From the NCBI GenBank assembly GCA_964486515.1, contig CAZANH010000229.1:1-49703 (forward strand): a DNA stretch of 49,703 nucleotides, in the 5' to 3' direction. Below the pieces are notes generated by a model. That model saw only the letters and a list, made by a program, of their open reading frames with translations, made no database searches and had not been told where the DNA came from. Source of the DNA: an uncultured Eubacteriales bacterium (GTDB taxonomy: Bacteria; Bacillota; Clostridia; Acetivibrionales; CAZANH01). A program made the translations under genes and the position numbers. Positions 8,765-17,973 of the stretch are shown here, in pieces (position 1 is the first letter of the stretch; every line of letters begins with the position of its first letter).

Positions 8765-11227
8765 ATGCTAAGGTCAAAAAAAATTATAAAAAAACAGGTA
8801 TTACCGTTGCTTGCCCTCAGAGGCCTGACGGTGTTTCCTTATATGATACTGCACTTTGATGTTGGCAGGGAAAAATCGGTAAAAGCGCTTGAAGAAGCTA
8901 TGATGAAAAATCAGCTTATTTTTCTTGTTGCACAAAAAGATGCAGGTAATGATGAACCTGATGAGAAAGATTTATATAAAGTAGGGACAATATCAAAAGT
9001 AAAACAGCTTCTTAAGCTTCCCGGGGACACAATACGTGTACTGGTGGAGGGATTAAGCAGAGCTGAGTTTAGTAAAATAGTTCAGAAAGAACCGTTTTTA
9101 ATGGTAGAAACGGTAGAAAAAATATATAATTCCATTGAATATAACAAGAATGAAATGGAAGCGCTTAAAAGGCAAGTCATGACAACTTTTGAGGAATATG
9201 TCAAGTTGAGTGGTAAAATATCGCCGGAAATTGTAATGGCTGCTATGTCAATAGAAAAAATAGGACAACTTGCCGATGTCATAACATCAAATATTTTTAT
9301 AAAGATTGAACAGAAACAGGAGATTATGAATGAATTTCATCCTGTAAAAAGGCTTGAAAAAGTTCTTGGAATACTCTCAAAAGAAATTGAAATACTGCGT
9401 ATTGAAAAGAATATAAATGCTAAGGTACGCAAACAAATAGACAAAATGCAAAAAGAATACTATTTAAGAGAACAACTTAAAGCAATTCAAAATGAACTTG
9501 GTGATAAAGACGGAATTAAAGCTGAAGTTGAAGAATACAGACAAAAGTTTGAAAAAAGGAACCTGCCATCCGAAGTTTCAGACAAGGTAAACAAAGAACT
9601 TAAAAGGCTTTCTAAGATGCCTCCGGGTACAGCTGAAGGAACTGTTGTAAGGACTTACCTGGATTGGATATTTGACCTTCCATGGGATAAAAAAACGGAA
9701 GAAATTTTAGATATAAAAAGGGCTGAAGATATTCTTGAAGAGGATCATTATGGCCTGGAAAAGGTTAAGGAAAGGATAGTAGAATATCTGGCTGTAAGAA
9801 AACTGAAAAATAACCTTAAAGGACCCATACTCTGTTTTGTGGGGCCTCCGGGAGTAGGTAAGACATCAATTGCCAAATCAATTGCAAGGGCAATCAACAG
9901 GAATTATGTCAGGATGTCCCTGGGAGGTGTAAGAGATGAAGCGGAAATAAGGGGGCATAGGAGGACATATATAGGAGCTTTGCCGGGAAGAATTGTTTCA
10001 GCTATAAAACAGGCAAAGTCGGCTAATCCTCTTATACTGCTTGATGAAATAGATAAAATGAGTAATGATTTCAGGGGAGATCCCGCATCAGCTATGTTGG
10101 AAGTTCTTGATGGAGAACAAAATTTTTCATTCAGAGACCACTACCTTGAGGTACCATTTGATTTATCAGATGTGATGTTCATAATGACTGCCAACAATGT
10201 TGAAACGATACCTCAGCCACTTATGGACAGAATGGAAATTATCAATATATCAGGATATACCGAAGAGGAAAAGGTAAATATAGCACTGAAATACCTTATA
10301 CCAAAACAAATTAAGGCTCATGGTTTTAAGAAAAAAGCCTTGAGGTTTGAAGAACAGACGGTTAGGGATATTATAAATTACTATACAAGAGAAGCAGGGG
10401 TTAGGAATCTTGAAAGGGAAACCGCCAAAATATGCAGAAAAGCTGCAAAAATATTGATATCAACAGGGAGAAAAACAATGAAAATTTCTCCTCAAGTAGC
10501 CGGTAAGATGTTAGGAATAAAGAAATACAGATATGATAAAGCTAATGAAAAGGATGAAACAGGAGTTGCAACAGGCCTTGCCTGGACACCTGTGGGTGGA
10601 GATACGCTCTCAATTGAGGTATCTCTTATGAAAGGAAAAGGAAAACTTGAACTTACAGGACATCTGGGAGAAATCATGAAGGAGTCCGCAAGGGCGGCCA
10701 TGAGTTATATACGTTCTCGGGCTTCAAAATTTAATATTGATAATGATTTTTACAAGGAATATGATATTCATATACATGTACCTGAGGGTGCAATTCCAAA
10801 AGATGGTCCTTCAGCAGGTATAACACTTGCAACCGCAATGGTATCAGCAATTACGGGGATACCTGTAAAAAGCAGTGTTGCAATGACAGGTGAAATTACC
10901 TTAAGAGGCAGGGTACTTCCTATAGGCGGACTTAAAGAAAAAATAATGGCAGCACACAGGGCAGGGATAAATACTGTTATAGTACCAAAAGAGAATATTA
11001 AGGACATGGATGAAATACCCAAGAATATTATGGAAAAAATGAGTTTTATAACGGTATCTGATATGGATATGGTGTTAAATAACGCATTGACATATAAAAT
11101 AGGTGAATATATGAATAGAGATTATTTTAAGGGCAATTTAAACGAAAGTGATAATAAGCTTATTATTCCAAACGGACAGGCTGCCGTGAACAAACCACAT
11201 GATCACGGAACACTTTTGGAAAATTGA
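8765..11227 (+). CDS. lon: ATP-dependent Lon protease (LonA)
   Basis: Has a LON N-domain ([15 protein letters not shown]), Walker A (GPPGVGKTS), Walker B (LILLDEIDK) and a protease domain with catalytic [10 protein letters not shown]. The ORF opens at 8708, but ATG 8765 (MLRSKK) follows a GGGGA RBS and fits family N-termini. Confidence 0.95.
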   Translation: MLRSKKIIKKQVLPLLALRGLTVFPYMILHFDVGREKSVKALEEAMMKNQLIFLVAQKDAGNDEPDEKDLYKVGTISKVKQLLKLPGDTIRVLVEGLSRAEFSKIVQKEPFLMVETVEKIYNSIEYNKNEMEALKRQVMTTFEEYVKLSGKISPEIVMAAMSIEKIGQLADVITSNIFIKIEQKQEIMNEFHPVKRLEKVLGILSKEIEILRIEKNINAKVRKQIDKMQKEYYLREQLKAIQNELGDKDGIKAEVEEYRQKFEKRNLPSEVSDKVNKELKRLSKMPPGTAEGTVVRTYLDWIFDLPWDKKTEEILDIKRAEDILEEDHYGLEKVKERIVEYLAVRKLKNNLKGPILCFVGPPGVGKTSIAKSIARAINRNYVRMSLGGVRDEAEIRGHRRTYIGALPGRIVSAIKQAKSANPLILLDEIDKMSNDFRGDPASAMLEVLDGEQNFSFRDHYLEVPFDLSDVMFIMTANNVETIPQPLMDRMEIINISGYTEEEKVNIALKYLIPKQIKAHGFKKKALRFEEQTVRDIINYYTREAGVRNLERETAKICRKAAKILISTGRKTMKISPQVAGKMLGIKKYRYDKANEKDETGVATGLAWTPVGGDTLSIEVSLMKGKGKLELTGHLGEIMKESARAAMSYIRSRASKFNIDNDFYKEYDIHIHVPEGAIPKDGPSAGITLATAMVSAITGIPVKSSVAMTGEITLRGRVLPIGGLKEKIMAAHRAGINTVIVPKENIKDMDEIPKNIMEKMSFITVSDMDMVLNNALTYKIGEYMNRDYFKGNLNESDNKLIIPNGQAAVNKPHDHGTLLEN

Positions 11228-11264
11228 CACATACATTAATTTTGGAGTGCTGGAATTGTCATGT

Positions 11265-11891
11265 TTAAATAGCTTTGGACAGAGTCTGGACGGCTTCTGA
11301 ATCTATAATCCTTGTGGCATATTCGTTTAAATATCCCTCATAAAAGTCTACATTTGATATTTTAGTACCATATTCTGTGAGAAGTGAATCAAATGTTTTT
11401 GAATGGGTTGTGGAATTGCTGACTGATGTAAAAACCAGATAATAATTCTGTTTTAATTTATATAATGTACTTGAACCGGTATATATAGGATATATTCTTT
11501 TGCATAGATTGCATACATCATCAAAGCTTTTAAAAGAGTATATAAGTACTGCTGAAAAAATTTTTAAATTTTTCCTTTTGAGTTTAAGGTCTGCTTTCTT
11601 AAATCTGTTTCTAATATAACGGTGTATGGATTCAAAATCTCCATCATCATCAATTTGAGTTATGGTTATAATAAACCCGTCATCAGAACTTGGTATGGGT
11701 TCTATTATAAGTTGAGATTCATTCAGTTCAAAACCAAACTGAATTTCAGCCTGTTCCATCATATCCCAGAATAATTCCTGTGCTGCAGGAGAATTATAAT
11801 TAAGGGAGGACATATCTATATTACGTTCCTCAAGGTCATCCAATGAAATGGTTACTTTAATAATATTTTCACTTATTTTTTCAATTTTCAT
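11265..11891 (-). CDS. mecA: adaptor protein MecA
   Basis: 208 aa. N-terminus MKIEKISENIIKVTISLDDLEERNI...ELFWDMMEQAE matches the MecA family, the adaptor for ClpC. Confidence 0.85.
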   Translation of the reverse strand: MKIEKISENIIKVTISLDDLEERNIDMSSLNYNSPAAQELFWDMMEQAEIQFGFELNESQLIIEPIPSSDDGFIITITQIDDDGDFESIHRYIRNRFKKADLKLKRKNLKIFSAVLIYSFKSFDDVCNLCKRIYPIYTGSSTLYKLKQNYYLVFTSVSNSTTHSKTFDSLLTEYGTKISNVDFYEGYLNEYATRIIDSEAVQTLSKAI

Positions 11892-12002
11892 TTAAACCAC
11901 CTGTGACATTGTTTTTAAAATTACCCTTAAAGCAATTATAATACAATTTTTTAAATAAAGCAATAAATGAAATCAATTTATAAATTCAGTAACGATTAAA
12001 AT

Positions 12003-12170
12003 GTTACCATTCACAGCCCCCTCTTAGCTTGAAGAATATTTTCCTGAAATGAACGCTACAAGTTCAAGTGGTTGTATAGCTTGTACAAACAGCCTCTATA
12101 ATCTCTTCGTTATCTATTTCAGAAAGATATTCTTTGATATAAATTTGTGGGGTAGAAGAATATTTTCCTG
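12003..12170 (+). repeat. degenerate, internally deleted copy of the ~250-bp MITE-like repeat
   Basis: 12003-12068 matches the left end of copy 15507-15759 almost base for base (GTTACCATTCACAGCCCCCTCTTAGCTTGAAGAATATTTTCCTGAAATGAACGCTACAAGTTCAAG). It then jumps to the ACAAACAGCCTCT right-arm segment. The segment GAAGAATATTTTCCTG (12031-12046) is repeated at 12155-12170. Confidence 0.8.
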
Positions 12171-12251
12171 GAGCTCAAATGTAACAAAATAATATCCAGT
12201 TGAATAATATAAAACGTAACGATTTGAAAGTATTTTTAAGGAGGGTTTTAA

Positions 12252-12398
12252 ATGGCAGGAAAGAGAGGATTTCTTGGAGGGCTTTTTGAAGATAATTGTT
12301 CAATACTTTTCTTTATTATCATATTCCTGATACTTTTCTACGAAAACAAAGGATATGTAGTTAAAAGAAACCCTGTTGATACGCAATTAGATGTTTAG
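12252..12398 (+). CDS. small hydrophobic peptide (48 aa), YjcZ-like tiny TM protein candidate
   Basis: My own translation gives MAGKRGFLGGLFEDNCSILFFIIIFLILFYENKGYVVKRNPVDTQLDV. AAGGAGGG RBS lies 7 nt upstream. It is too short for the ORF track and is paralogous to the next peptide. Confidence 0.6.
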   Translation: MAGKRGFLGGLFEDNCSILFFIIIFLILFYENKGYVVKRNPVDTQLDV

Positions 12399-12518
12399 GA
12401 ATGACAGAATAAAAACCGCTTCAAAAATGGGAAGTTATTGTTTTGTCATTCCTTAGTAAGTAAAACGAAAGATAACAGAATTAATGGTTCTTATTTTTAT
12501 CAGGAGGTGAATTAAGAG

Positions 12519-12647
12519 ATGGATGAAGAGAGGCATGGATTTTTCGGGTGTGGTAATGAAATTATATGGATAATTGTAATAATCATAATTGTCTGGTTGT
12601 TATTCCCCCATATATTTGGTGGTATCGGAGGCTGCTACAAAGATTAG
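12519..12647 (+). CDS. small hydrophobic peptide (42 aa), YjcZ-like tiny TM protein candidate
   Basis: My own translation gives MDEERHGFFGCGNEIIWIIVIIIIVWLLFPHIFGGIGGCYKD. CAGGAGGTG RBS lies 9 nt upstream. It shares the (R/H)GF(L/F)G..-hydrophobic core layout with the 12252 peptide. Confidence 0.6.
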   Translation: MDEERHGFFGCGNEIIWIIVIIIIVWLLFPHIFGGIGGCYKD

Positions 12648-12713
12648 AACATAGGAGTACAAGTGGTTGATACCTGAATTAAACAGGCAGAGCCGGTTCT
12701 GATAAAGGGACCC

Positions 12714-12759
12714 GAAAAAAGTGGGTGTATTCATTAATACAAGGAAGAATACACCCACT
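12714..12759 (-). terminator. intrinsic terminator of gltS
   Basis: On the minus strand, a 13-bp perfect stem (AGTGGGTGTATTC / GAATACACCCACT) with a 14-nt loop is followed by TTTTTT, immediately downstream of the gltS stop. Confidence 0.8.
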
Positions 12760-12766
12760 TTCTATG

Positions 12767-14143
12767 CTATTTTTTACTCTCAGCAGTTTTTGGGCGGTTA
12801 AGATACATCATTAAAAATAAAAATCCAAGATATACTGTAAACAGCAAAAGTGTCAACAGGTAATACACAGGTTTGTTTTGGATATAACCCATAATGGGTA
12901 CTGTAAGTAATATCATAAGTGGAAATCCGAATATTAAACCAACCCCGCTTCCAAGTACGAAATTTTTTGAAGCTCCTGTCTCGAAATTAGGATCAACCTC
13001 TTTTAAAAGAGCCATACCGGTTGATATGGTTCCGGTCATCATTCCATACATACCGATGAGGTTTTCAAGAACATCTTTACCGTATATTTTTTTGCACATT
13101 ATAAGAAGATAAAACATGGTAAGAAACCCGCCAACAGTTGTAACAATCAATGTCGGAACAATATAGTATTCAAGTACTAAAAGTGATATTGCAGAAATTG
13201 CTGCTGCTATCATAAAGTCAAAGGAACCGCCGGCTATTCTTTGAAGAAGGAAGTTGTTAGGATAATTTCTGACCATTATTTTTTTATCTTTCATTTTATC
13301 AAATATGACTCTGAGTAATAGTGCTAAAACAGCGCCGATTATAAAATTAAAGCCCCATAAAAGCTGGGATAAAGTCTGTCCGAATGCGCCAAAGTTTTTT
13401 AAAATCAATGTCAACCCCTGAAGCGTAAGGTAGGTCGCAAGATATACAATACCAATAAGAAAAAGTTGTATTGAAATTCTGTCTATTGATTCACTCAAAG
13501 GAATATCATCGGGGCTGTCCTCTTCATGCACGGGATTATTTATTTGCTTTACTTTTTTTCTAAGATAGGTAATTCTTTTTTTTCTTATAAGTATATTCAT
13601 AAAAGGAATACCGCCTAAACATGCCCATAAAAATCCAAAAGCTGCAATTGAAATACCAATATTCCCGCCATACAAAAAGCCCATGTTTTCCCATTGAACC
13701 CCAATAGAAAATGCCTGACCGGGGCCCTGCCCGTATCCCAAAGGCAGAAGAAGACCAAAAGGCGGAAATAGGCCGGGAAATATGGTATATGTGAGAATAA
13801 GTGTTATGATAAAACCAAATATACCCTGAATAAGATATGTACTCACTATAAGCATTCCTGTATTTGTAATCTCCTTGTTTTTTTCCCTGTTTCTTTCCTT
13901 AAGTGCAAGGGCTATAAAACCAACAGCCATAAGATGGTAAACTATATTACCCATACGTTCCGAATCAATGTTAACAAGATTTAAAACCCCGGGGCCAGCA
14001 ATAAGGCCTAAAAAACCTGCTATTATTGAATTGGGAATAAGAAATTTTTGAAAAAACCGTATACTTCTTTTGAGGTATGTAGCAACACCTAAAAAAAGTG
14101 ATATAATTGCTATATCGACCACATATAACCATTCTGAACTCAT
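12767..14143 (-). CDS. gltS: sodium/glutamate symporter
   Basis: Polytopic membrane protein of the GltS family type. The ORF opens at 14188, but ATG 14143 (MSSEWLYVVDIAIISLF) is preceded by AAGGAGGAA at ideal spacing and avoids overlap with the upstream gene. Confidence 0.8.
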   Translation of the reverse strand: MSSEWLYVVDIAIISLFLGVATYLKRSIRFFQKFLIPNSIIAGFLGLIAGPGVLNLVNIDSERMGNIVYHLMAVGFIALALKERNREKNKEITNTGMLIVSTYLIQGIFGFIITLILTYTIFPGLFPPFGLLLPLGYGQGPGQAFSIGVQWENMGFLYGGNIGISIAAFGFLWACLGGIPFMNILIRKKRITYLRKKVKQINNPVHEEDSPDDIPLSESIDRISIQLFLIGIVYLATYLTLQGLTLILKNFGAFGQTLSQLLWGFNFIIGAVLALLLRVIFDKMKDKKIMVRNYPNNFLLQRIAGGSFDFMIAAAISAISLLVLEYYIVPTLIVTTVGGFLTMFYLLIMCKKIYGKDVLENLIGMYGMMTGTISTGMALLKEVDPNFETGASKNFVLGSGVGLIFGFPLMILLTVPIMGYIQNKPVYYLLTLLLFTVYLGFLFLMMYLNRPKTAESKK

Positions 14144-14165
14144 TTCGTTCCTCCTTGAAAATATT

Positions 14166-15389
14166 TTATTGTTGATATATTTCCTCATTTATTTGCTTTG
14201 CAATTATTGCGGTTTTTACCCATTTATAAGCGGATTTATTGGCTACTTTGAAATTAAACCTGTATAATATGTTTTCATAATAAAACTCAACCGTATGGTT
14301 ATACTGGACGTTAATCCCACTCATTTTGCCAATATAAAAAACAAAGCCCTTTCTTATTACACAGTCAAAAACAAGCCTGTCCTTGTAAAATGATAATTCC
14401 CCAAGCCTTAATCTGCTCAATGGGCCGAATTTTGCACCCTTGCTTAGAATAACCCCATTGTCTTTAAAGATAACTGTTTTATTATCAGTTTTCGCTATTT
14501 TGTTTGTAATATAAGCTATCTGCCAGTTATTCCAGTCAGAAAGCCTGTCATAATAAAATGTATCCGAGGTCTTGCATAAGAAACCATATTTGTCAAATCG
14601 TACAGTGTAACCACATTCCATGCATTTAAACAAATCTTTATCTGATTTTAATGTACATATTTTTTTACAATGAGGACAAATAAAAATAAACAGTTCAAGA
14701 GATTCAGCAAGGTTTTTGCCTGTAAATGGAATCATATGCTGTTTTTGATATTCATATTCATCATAATAAAGTGCTTTTGTCAATACGTCATATATTTCAT
14801 CTACATCAAGCCTTTTTATATCCTCTGTTTTAAGTGTAAGGTTTGATGTTATTGTCATTTTACCTGTTCTTGCACTTTTTGACCATCTTGGTTTTGAGAG
14901 ATAAGCTCCTGCAAAAACAGATGTAACAACGGGCAGTCTGGCACTTTTTATAAGTTTTGCCGTAGGATAAAGCAATTCAAGTGTCTTACCGTCCCAATTT
15001 CTGGCGCCTTCAGGGAATATACCAATTACACGGTTGTTCTTTTTAACATTGAGTATTGATTTAACCGTTGAAGAGTCAGACAAAAATTTTGATTTTGGAA
15101 TAGCTCCAACATGTTTTAAAAGAAATTTTAAAAAAGGATTTCGAAAGTACTCGCTTGATGCAACATAATAAACAGGTTCAGGTATAAATACGGACAATAT
15201 GAATGGATCCAATGCATTTGTGTGATTGGCAAGTATTATGTAGGGAGGTTTCAACGTATTTATAAATTTACCTATATGTTGTATTTTAAAACGCCAGACA
15301 AGATATTTTCCAAAGGTTAATTTTAAAAATTTGTTAAAGGTTTTATTTGCATATATTCGTTTATTTCCATATGTATTTCTGTTTTTCAT
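14166..15389 (-). CDS. lysophospholipid (1-acyl-sn-glycerol-3-phosphate) acyltransferase family protein with extra C-terminal domain
   Basis: 407 aa with the HX4D acyltransferase motif (ANHTNALDPF) and a FPEGARN motif. The C-terminal half contains CPHC...CMEC cysteine pairs. Confidence 0.75.
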   Translation of the reverse strand: MKNRNTYGNKRIYANKTFNKFLKLTFGKYLVWRFKIQHIGKFINTLKPPYIILANHTNALDPFILSVFIPEPVYYVASSEYFRNPFLKFLLKHVGAIPKSKFLSDSSTVKSILNVKKNNRVIGIFPEGARNWDGKTLELLYPTAKLIKSARLPVVTSVFAGAYLSKPRWSKSARTGKMTITSNLTLKTEDIKRLDVDEIYDVLTKALYYDEYEYQKQHMIPFTGKNLAESLELFIFICPHCKKICTLKSDKDLFKCMECGYTVRFDKYGFLCKTSDTFYYDRLSDWNNWQIAYITNKIAKTDNKTVIFKDNGVILSKGAKFGPLSRLRLGELSFYKDRLVFDCVIRKGFVFYIGKMSGINVQYNHTVEFYYENILYRFNFKVANKSAYKWVKTAIIAKQINEEIYQQ

Positions 15390-15506
15390 ACATTTTTCCC
15401 CAAGTAATTAAGTTGTACTGCAATCTTTTACATTCTAACATATATAAATGCGAAAACCAACCATTTTATTTTTCCCCATGTTTTTGAATAGTAACAATTT
15501 ACAAAA

Positions 15507-15759
15507 GTTAGCATTCACAGCTCCTCTTAGCTCGAAGAATATTTTTATGAAATGAACGCTACAAGTTCAAGAGGCTGTAAGTTCAGCCTTATATGTCAAA
15601 TCAAACTCGCTGAATGCTTTAAAATATAACGGGAATGCATTCATCTCAAACAGTGATTTGACCTTACATTTACTTCACAAACAGCCTCTAAGAACCTTAC
15701 GCTATATATTTACATAAAAATATTTCTTCAAGTAGATAAGAAGGGTTGTGAACAGCCAC
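15507..15759 (+). mobile_element. full-length copy of a ~250-bp MITE-like hairpin repeat
   Basis: It aligns along its whole length with the reverse complement of 30264-30514. The two ends are imperfect ~70-bp inverted repeats of each other, and the centre holds nested perfect inverted repeats (GTCAAATCA/TGATTTGAC, TGAATGC/GCATTCA). It has no coding capacity. Confidence 0.85.
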
Positions 15760-15770
15760 CAATTTACTTC

Positions 15771-15802
15771 TTGACAATTAAATCTACTAGTGTACACTAG
15801 TA
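15771..15802 (+). promoter_or_regulatory. candidate promoter with overlapping 18-bp perfect palindromic operator
   Basis: TTGACA (15771-15776), a 16-nt spacer, then TACACT (15793-15798). The -10 sits in the centre of the perfect palindrome TACTAGTGTACACTAGTA (15785-15802), upstream of the LtaS-like gene. Confidence 0.45.
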
Positions 15803-15852
15803 ATAATATGTTAATAGTTCTAGAAGCGGAACTTTTTATAATATAAACAGGT

Positions 15853-15888
15853 CCAATAATATTACGACTTTTTGCGTAATATTATTGG
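15853..15888 (+). promoter_or_regulatory. perfect 14-bp stem hairpin in the leader of the LtaS-like gene
   Basis: CCAATAATATTACG (15853-15866), an 8-nt loop, then CGTAATATTATTGG (15875-15888). No T-tract follows, so its function is unknown. Confidence 0.4.
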
Positions 15889-15932
15889 AGAGCAACAAAA
15901 AGTATAGGTTGAAAATGGGGGTATAAACAAAA

Positions 15933-17633
15933 TTGACAAAAAGACATAAACTGAAACTGACAGAAAGCTTGAAAAGTATTAAAGAAAGACATGTTGTTAA
16001 AGCAGCCGCAATTATTTTTATATTTCTTGTTTTAAATGCATTAAAGATAACATTGTTTAACTATTACATTATTCCTTCACCCACTGCGGAAATATTCAAG
16101 TACAAGTTCATCATAACAATACTTCTGGTTTTCAGTATATATCCATTGATTTTACGTATCAAATCAAGGTTGCTTTTTATTATGCTCTATATTATACAGG
16201 CAGTATATATAATGGCTAACATTTCATATTACATGTATTTTCACAGCTATCTTCACATAGCACAGTGGTTTACGCTTTTTCATGAAGGGCTGATGGCATC
16301 TAAGAATCTGTCTGCACCAATGAATTTCAAGCTTCTTGCTGCATTTATTGAGCTGCCCGTTTTTATATACATTGCAAAGAATTTTTATCGCTTATATGAC
16401 GCAAGGACAAAACTTTTTTATTACAGACTAATAGTTGCTGCAGTATCCGTTCTCTTGATATTTTCAATTGAGTCTGCAAACTATAAAAAGGGCAATTCGA
16501 TTATACAATTTATTGAAAGCAGGTATAAAGGTGAAACGCCTGTTGTAGAACGCTATGGAACTGTTGTTAACGGTGTTGCAAGCCTCGTATTGAAGAGCAG
16601 TGAGGAAAAGATGATAGATTCCTTTGAATATGGCAGGAATCAGAAAAACGAAGAGGAATCGGAGGACAACCCCAATTTCATAATAATTGTTGTAGAATCC
16701 ATGGATTCAAGTGTTATCAATAAAAAGTTTGAGGATGAATATATAACCCCTTATCTTAATTCTCTGGCTGAGAATAATGTATATTATCCATATGTTTTAA
16801 GTTATCATGAAGGCGGGGGCACATCCGACAGTGAATTTTCCATAATAAACAGTATTGAACCTCTAAAGGGGTTTCCTGCATTAAAGCTTTTTAATTATAA
16901 CTACCCTAATTCCATGCTTTATCAGCTTGCAAAAAGTTCATATGAAATTGTTGCATTTCACGGCAATACGGCCGGATTCTTTAATCGTGACAATGCATTT
17001 CCCAAAATGGGTTTTGATGAGTTTTACGATATAGATAAAATGGATTTAAATCATGTTGGGTGGGGGGCTCCGGACCATGAGGCATTCAGTTTTGCTGCAG
17101 ACAAACTAAGGGATATCAAAGAGCCGTACTTTTCATATATTATAACAATGACAAGTCACGGTCCGTTCAAAAATGCGAGAAACTATTATAATAACAGCAG
17201 GTATGATAATATCGAAAATGAAAATGTGAAGAATTATTTCAATTCAATGTCGTATGTTGACCAGTCAATCAAGGATTTCATAACCGATATAAAAAGGAAT
17301 AATAAAGATACCTATATTATGATAATTGGAGATCACACTCCCAATATAAATACCAGTAATTACAGACAGTCATCAATCACCATGGATGGCAGCTACTTTG
17401 AATTTGTTCCCTCAATCATTATTACACCTGATAACAAGCAATACAGGGAAGAGAAAAATGCAGCTTCATTTTTGGATATTGCGCCTACTGTCCTTTATAA
17501 TGCCAAAATACTATTTGAGATATATTCTGATGGCCAAAATTTGCTGGACACCGATGAAAATGAAAATAAAATCCCCTTCAATGGTAATGAATACGACAGA
17601 TCCTATTTGTTTAACAGAATTAATGAGCATTAA
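15933..17633 (+). CDS. LTA synthase / sulfatase (alkaline-phosphatase superfamily) membrane protein
   Basis: 566 aa with about 5 N-terminal TM helices and an extracytoplasmic sulfatase-type domain (IIIVVESMDSS, GGGTSDSEFSIINS, HGN, IIGDHTP). TTG start with a TGGGGG RBS. Confidence 0.8.
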   Translation: MTKRHKLKLTESLKSIKERHVVKAAAIIFIFLVLNALKITLFNYYIIPSPTAEIFKYKFIITILLVFSIYPLILRIKSRLLFIMLYIIQAVYIMANISYYMYFHSYLHIAQWFTLFHEGLMASKNLSAPMNFKLLAAFIELPVFIYIAKNFYRLYDARTKLFYYRLIVAAVSVLLIFSIESANYKKGNSIIQFIESRYKGETPVVERYGTVVNGVASLVLKSSEEKMIDSFEYGRNQKNEEESEDNPNFIIIVVESMDSSVINKKFEDEYITPYLNSLAENNVYYPYVLSYHEGGGTSDSEFSIINSIEPLKGFPALKLFNYNYPNSMLYQLAKSSYEIVAFHGNTAGFFNRDNAFPKMGFDEFYDIDKMDLNHVGWGAPDHEAFSFAADKLRDIKEPYFSYIITMTSHGPFKNARNYYNNSRYDNIENENVKNYFNSMSYVDQSIKDFITDIKRNNKDTYIMIIGDHTPNINTSNYRQSSITMDGSYFEFVPSIIITPDNKQYREEKNAASFLDIAPTVLYNAKILFEIYSDGQNLLDTDENENKIPFNGNEYDRSYLFNRINEH

Positions 17634-17650
17634 TTCATTATTGAAACGTT

Positions 17651-17691
17651 AACTCTTCACCTTGCGAACTAAGTTCGCAAGGTGAAGAGTT
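17651..17691. terminator. 19-bp perfect hairpin after the LtaS-like gene (possible terminator)
   Basis: AACTCTTCACCTTGCGAAC, loop TAA, GTTCGCAAGGTGAAGAGTT. It starts 18 nt after the stop. There is no clear T-tract on either side. Confidence 0.5.
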
Positions 17692-17714
17692 AGGCGACAT
17701 CATTCTCTAACATT

Positions 17715-17966
17715 GTGGAAGATTTGGTTGAATTATCATTTAACTACACAATAGATGGATCTTATGCAGAATTGTATTCGGCTCAAATTAGGATTATTTA
17801 TAATTCGTTGGATTTTAATAAATTTGTGGTAGAGAGCATTAAATATGGAGAAGTAATACAAGAAGATATAACATGCCATCTTGCTTATAAACAATTAGTT
17901 ATCCTGAAAAACAAACTGTCCCCTAATAGTATAGCTAATTATCTGTTTAAGAGTACAAAACGTTAA
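17715..17966 (+). CDS. hypothetical protein or gene fragment
   Basis: 83-aa ORF with a GTG start, no convincing RBS and no recognisable motif. It may be a remnant. Confidence 0.25.
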   Translation: MEDLVELSFNYTIDGSYAELYSAQIRIIYNSLDFNKFVVESIKYGEVIQEDITCHLAYKQLVILKNKLSPNSIANYLFKSTKR

Positions 17967-17973
17967 TGTAGTT

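Noticed and set aside
12399-12456. An inverted repeat AGGAATGACA...TGTCATTCCT after the first small peptide gene.
   Set aside because: It is a 10-bp stem with a ~37-nt loop and no T-tract, so it is not convincing as a terminator or riboswitch.
17386-17652. An 88-aa ORF overlapping the 3' end of the LtaS-like gene in another frame.
   Set aside because: It is fully embedded in a recognisable sulfatase-domain coding region, has no RBS, and runs into the terminator hairpin.
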